Positions 54,026 to 64,000 of a stretch of 64,000 nucleotides of DNA are shown piece after piece (position 1 is the stretch's first letter; every line of letters starts with the position of its first letter). The notes beneath the pieces were generated by a model. That model saw only the letters and a program-made list of their open reading frames with translations, was not told where the DNA came from and searched no databases. Source of the DNA: Auanema rhodensis (Eukaryota; Animalia; Nematoda); NCBI GenBank assembly GCA_964057225.1, contig OZ059896.1, positions 10,416,001 through 10,480,000 of the forward strand, given 5' to 3'. The translations under genes were made by a program, and so were the position numbers.

Positions 54026-55682
54026 TTTAGCGAAAATTGTATCTTTAACGTCCTTTCTCTGAAATCAAACCGTCAATTAACGACATATTGCAGGAGAGAT
54101 ACAAAGAAAGAACTAAAAACTGAAGAGAGTACAAGACACGCGAAGGTAAAAAAAGATAGTAGGCGGTAGGATGAGAGAACAAGAGATCAAGTGGAAATCA
54201 AAAAGGTGATAAAAAATCTCATGAAATTACGAATGATTGTCATAGAAATCAAAGAAGATTGAAGAGCAGATACGAGTACATGTGGTTCTATTAATAGAAT
54301 TTGTTCAGATCAGTACGCCGAATTTTCTAAACTTATGTATCTGATTCAGACTATTGTGTTCTAATGACGTTGATCACTAACAGTATATCTTATTGTTAAT
54401 GATGAAACGATCCAATAGAAGACAGTAATGTTGACGATGCATGAGCGAAGATGTTCTATTCGTCAAAGTATTTCTAGCTTGAATTCATCGACAAGCCCAT
54501 ATCTGAAAGATCGTTAGAACACTGACTTTTTGCTGATAATTCCGGTATCCATTAATTTTGAGTACAGTCGATGCAAAATTATAGTCAGGGACAAACGAGT
54601 GGTGTGAGCAATCACAGAGCTGCTTCTCTAGCTATGCGCCTGATTCTATACCTGCATGACTGCTACACTCTCTGATGCGTTCAGCTTCGTAGATATCAGT
54701 TGTATAAGAAAAATCTTTACAGATACAAAAACATAAGAAATGAATCCATTAATGGGTGTTCTTTCTTCATCTTCAGGATAATTATATACATATATGTCAG
54801 TTTATATACAGGCCCTCTTTTAGTCACGCCCCTCCCCCCCCACATTTCGTTGCGGGCTGGTTCGAGCACGTGGAAATTGACACAACGTGATAATGATGAT
54901 GCAATATGATATTTTTGTTTCCCTTATAAGAAGAACCTTTTCATTTTATAAAAATAATTAAATTAACTCGATATAGGCAAAGACAACGATATAAATAATT
55001 TATTGTGGTGAACACTGTAATAATTGTGTCATTAATTAGAATAGTATACTTTACGCTGAAGCGTCATTTAGAAGAAATAGGCGTGCGATATCGGTTGATA
55101 CAAAATTATTTTGAACATCTTCATCCTTTGCTTCCACCTTTTTTATACTTTTTGATCCAATACGCCTTCTGTAGTTCCGTTCCTTTTTTTTCCTTCCTTT
55201 TGCTATTTTTCTACCTTTTTTTTTGTATTTTGGTAGTTTTTATGAGCACTTCATCATTTCTTTCTAGTTTCTCATATTCTATTATAGTTCTTCATCTTAT
55301 TTTCTCACAGTATGACAGACATTTTCTGTCTTTCGGTAAATTTGATATGTCTTCGTAGTATGGCACTGTGATGATAATATAATATAACGGACAGAAATAG
55401 ACTTTCTTGAAAGAAATTGGAAAAAACACTGATCTATAAAAAGAATAAAGTGATACGTGAAAAGAACAAGAACAAACATATAATTTCAATGATACATTTA
55501 AGCAGCATCTTCAATGATCATGAGAGTAGTAGTTTGAATGATCGAGAAATTGATTCCTACTTAGCTAATGTCAACTTCTCCGTTTTCGCAAACGGCGCTG
55601 ATCAAAAGGTCAAGATTATAGAAATATAAAACAAAAGTGAGAAAAAATTATTCTCTAATAACCGAATAAGAAAAATTGAATG

Positions 55683-55760
55683 AAAGAGAGAAAGAGAGAG
55701 AGAAAGAGAGCGATAAAGGGAGAGAAAGAGAGAGAGCGTAATAAAGAGAGAGAATGAGAG
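55683..55760. repeat. Imperfect (GA)n tract
   Basis: Directly visible, in the tatn-1 upstream region. Confidence 0.75.
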
Positions 55761-58254
55761 AATTATATCATATTTGAACCGAAATTTTGGTCATTATGAT
55801 CACTTACTCAAATCTATAAAGATAAAAATTCATTTATTACAAAGAATTGCCATTTTCATTCGACCCTGAACACTTTTAAAAATCGAATGAATTTACAAAT
55901 GTTAGTAGTACTTGATTACAGCGTGTTATAAAAAATATAGTACAATTGAATGTGAGCAAGCGGAAGGATATACTGTAAAACATGGAGCGAAAGTGAGAAA
56001 GGGAAAAGGAAGATAGAGAAAGAGAGAGGTGGGGAGGGTAGAATGAAGAATAAAAGAGAAATATATTATATAAAAGAGAGGAAGCAGATGTTTTGATTCG
56101 TAACCAAATCACATGTACATATTCAGAATCCATTAGTAACCATTTCCTTTGTGTTGACTTGGGGGTTTAGCTATAGAGAATGTGGGAAGATGAATAACAT
56201 AAACAGTTAAGTGATGCCTTATATAGTTTTATATAGCAGACTGTTATAGGAATATTCAGAAATTATCATAAACTGTATTTTGTGAACAATGTTGGTTTAC
56301 ATGTACGGTCAAGCTTCACTGTACTAAATTTCATTTCACCTGTTTCTATTCTTATTCGGTACTACTACACTGAGACTTAGAGGACGTATGCAGTTGACTA
56401 TAAGTGTACAGTCAATATGCCCATGTCTTCTAGGTTTCTAAGCCGTATCTACACTTAATTATAATGCCCAATTAAAAAAAAGCCAAGAATAGTTTTCAAT
56501 AAAGTAAATCTCGATTATTGGCAAGAACACAGAACTTGCTTCACCATTACGATTTTTAGCCCTATTCTTAGTCAGATTCTGGATTGGTCAACGTCATCAA
56601 ACAACATTCGAAGCAGGATTGTCTACGTGATAGTGGTTAGTCCTATTTCAAATTTTACGAATTTATGTTTATTCGAAAGTTTAGTAGAAGAACAGCATCA
56701 GAGAACTATTATTTCAGAAGTTGTTGATCATGATATCCAGTATGCATGCATTATTCTATATATAGATCTTGTATAACTGTATTTCAAACGTTGATATCGT
56801 TTCCTTCCATTTAAGATGATATCTGAGAAGCACATCACGAGTACTCGTAACTGTATCCGCAGTCGTGTTCCGCAAAGTTTAAGAATTAAAAACGCGTAGT
56901 AAACCAACGCTACACTTTTGTTTATTTTTAAATGAAAACTAGCAATTACGTCAAAAGAGCGGCTATTCTGAAGGAACTATTTTGCAAAATTGAACAGCTG
57001 TAGTAATGGCTTGTCGACGAAACTCGCAATCGTTCATGAATTTCGTTGCCATATTAGAAAATGTGTCGATGACAAGACAGGACATTAAGAAAGAAATTGT
57101 TCTTTTCCTTTTTGCTAATCCATTAACAAAATTGCATCACTATGATCTCAATCAATCTCAGATGGCTGCTTGCTACAAACTCTGCTGGAATGATGATGAA
57201 ACTTAGCCCGGAACTGTCACCGTTGCTATCTTAACTTTTGTTAGGACAAGTGAACTAATCAATTAAACTTGAACATTTGGCTAAATGTGCAATACTTAGA
57301 TTCAAATATCTTATTTTAACAACGCACGCATTTTAATATAAGAAAGAAGTATAATAATAACTTTCGATTCATTCATTAAAATATTAATCTTTATAATCAA
57401 CCAACGTTCCAGGTGTACAGTGTTTATTTTGAAAAACAAGTAAAACAGTCCAGTTGTCTGACCACTAAGATATATATATATATATATATATAAAATTTAA
57501 AAACAGCATTTTAATTAACAGTTAGTAAACATTGAAAAGATAATAAACATTTTAAATGGTTTGATGTTGTGTTTAAGCTATTAACAACAAAACTCCCATT
57601 ACCACAATTAAAATATAATATATTTGCCTAGCACCTCAAGCTTGATGATAAATGATTCTTTTTCAATGAAATGCTTGATACCATATAATACCATGTTTTT
57701 ATAGTTTTCAATGATTCGATAACACATTTCTTGTATCAAAATAATCGAAGTAAAACGATAATTTGTTAGTTTACAACAGATTAATATTTTTATAGTTTTT
57801 TTCATAAATATTGTTTTAAAATCTTAAAACTTGTGTTTGATCCATAAAGAAACGTAATACATGAATTTTTTTTACATTTGGCATCACATTACAACAACGG
57901 AAATGTCGATTTTACAAGTTAAAATAAATTATGGAAAAGAAAAAAGTGAGTAGGCACAACAATATGCAATATTCACCGGGCGAGAAATATCTACAATTTA
58001 AGGCAAATTCTTGTTTTGTACCAAAAAAATAAAATAAAACACATTATAGAATTCATAATTAGAGAAATGGTTCCACAATAAACCTCGTCTTAAATCAATA
58101 TGCCATCTAAAGTTTAAATCTTATGTACAAGAGGTGAATCGAAAAGTCAAAAATTGGAAAGTTAAAATAATATATAAATTATTAAGAGCATACAACAATC
58201 TTTTACAAGACTCGTATATGATTCAAGGATAGTAATTATTGAAAAAATCCCACT

Positions 58255-63136
<4,882 letters not shown>

Positions 63137-63588
63137 TAAAGTACCTGAATCCGACACTAACATAAGAATAAATTTAAAAAAATAAAGTTGAGAAAGAAGC
63201 TTCAGATTGGAATTTTGCAGTATTACAATTCAATCACAGTAAATAAAACGAAAACACTAACACCCTCAAGGGTTAATTGATATTCGTCAACTCCGTCGAA
63301 ATGAAAATAGCAATGCATATTGATCACGTATCTTTATATTTCATACAGTATGTATCGAGATACTTGTTTTTATAACAGAAGAAGCTAATTACATCAAGCA
63401 ATTATAGTAGTTTAAAATGGTACTAATGAAAAAATAAAATACTTTATTTACGTTTTTACTAAAAAGGCATGTGAAAATCACATTCTTTCAGCTATTATTC
63501 TTCCTTGCGCAAAAATCAATAATATTTCAACAACTGCAAATATCAATAGTTTATTCATATATAATATAAACTTGGAGGAAGATTCAGT

Positions 63589-64000
63589 TTACGCAGTTTT
63601 ATCCAATAATTCTTTAATAGTATTTTCAAACGAAGCTGGTGAGCTAGTTGGAGCATATCTAAATCATTAAGATACATAAATAAAAACAAAAAAAGGCATA
63701 CCTAGCAACAACATGTCCCTGGCGATCAACCAAGAATTTAGTAAAATTCCATTTGATAGCATCGATAAGTGTACCTCCCTGTTCTTTTTTCAAAAAGGTC
63801 CATAATGGATCAGCATCATTTCCATTTACTTTAATCTGTGAAAAAAAGAGAAAGATGCAGAATAACTCTTTTTCGTACCTTTCCATACAAATCAGGCTCA
63901 TAGTTGAAGCTTTCTTTCACAAACTTCATAATATCAATTTCGCATGATGGTTCCTTCAAATATAATATTACTTACTCAGTACAACATAGGAAATCATGTC
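63589..64000 (-). CDS. Glutathione peroxidase (PHGPx-like), 3' portion; 5' end outside the window
   Basis: [25 protein letters not shown]|[16 protein letters not shown]...[19 protein letters not shown]|YAPTSSP...DKTA with TAA at 63589-63591. Confidence 0.93.

Noticed and set aside
63420-63590. SECIS element or selenocysteine use in the glutathione peroxidase
   Set aside because: The active-site codon is outside the window and I see no convincing SECIS fold in the short 3' UTR.

Overview
Eukaryotic, AT-rich, very intron-dense DNA. Most introns are about 40-50 nt and a splice acceptor often sits just before the ATG, as expected for SL trans-splicing. Gene content and protein sequences point to a rhabditid (clade V) nematode; the species cannot be fixed from the sequence. 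The ORF track catches only exon fragments, so I assembled genes by hand. Left to right: PRR11/MTFR1-like gene (-), hda-6/HDAC6 (-) with a complete TLC-domain gene nested antisense in its 1.66-kb intron, iars-1 (+), a beta-lactamase-fold lact gene (+), a 53-aa microprotein gene with two upstream X-boxes (-), an Srb-like chemoreceptor (-) with an intronic MITE-like element, fmi-1/flamingo (+, 18 kb), an 85-aa single-TM microprotein (+), an unknown gene (-), mlcd-1 (-), idhg-1 (+), tatn-1 (-), sel-5 (-) and the 3' part of a glutathione peroxidase (-). Main leads: (1) a probable RFX/DAF-19-driven ciliary microprotein; (2) an alternative last exon of HDAC6 that swaps the ubiquitin-binding ZnF for a basic tail with two NES-like motifs; (3) the nested TLCD gene; (4) genes whose C. 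elegans orthologues I recall on different chromosomes, interleaved within 64 kb; (5) frequent AAG/GAG 3' splice sites; (6) an alternative sel-5 C-terminus followed by two tandem hairpins. I found no tRNA, rRNA, SL RNA gene or CRISPR array. Exon boundaries are hand-read and orthology calls come from motif recognition, not database searches.
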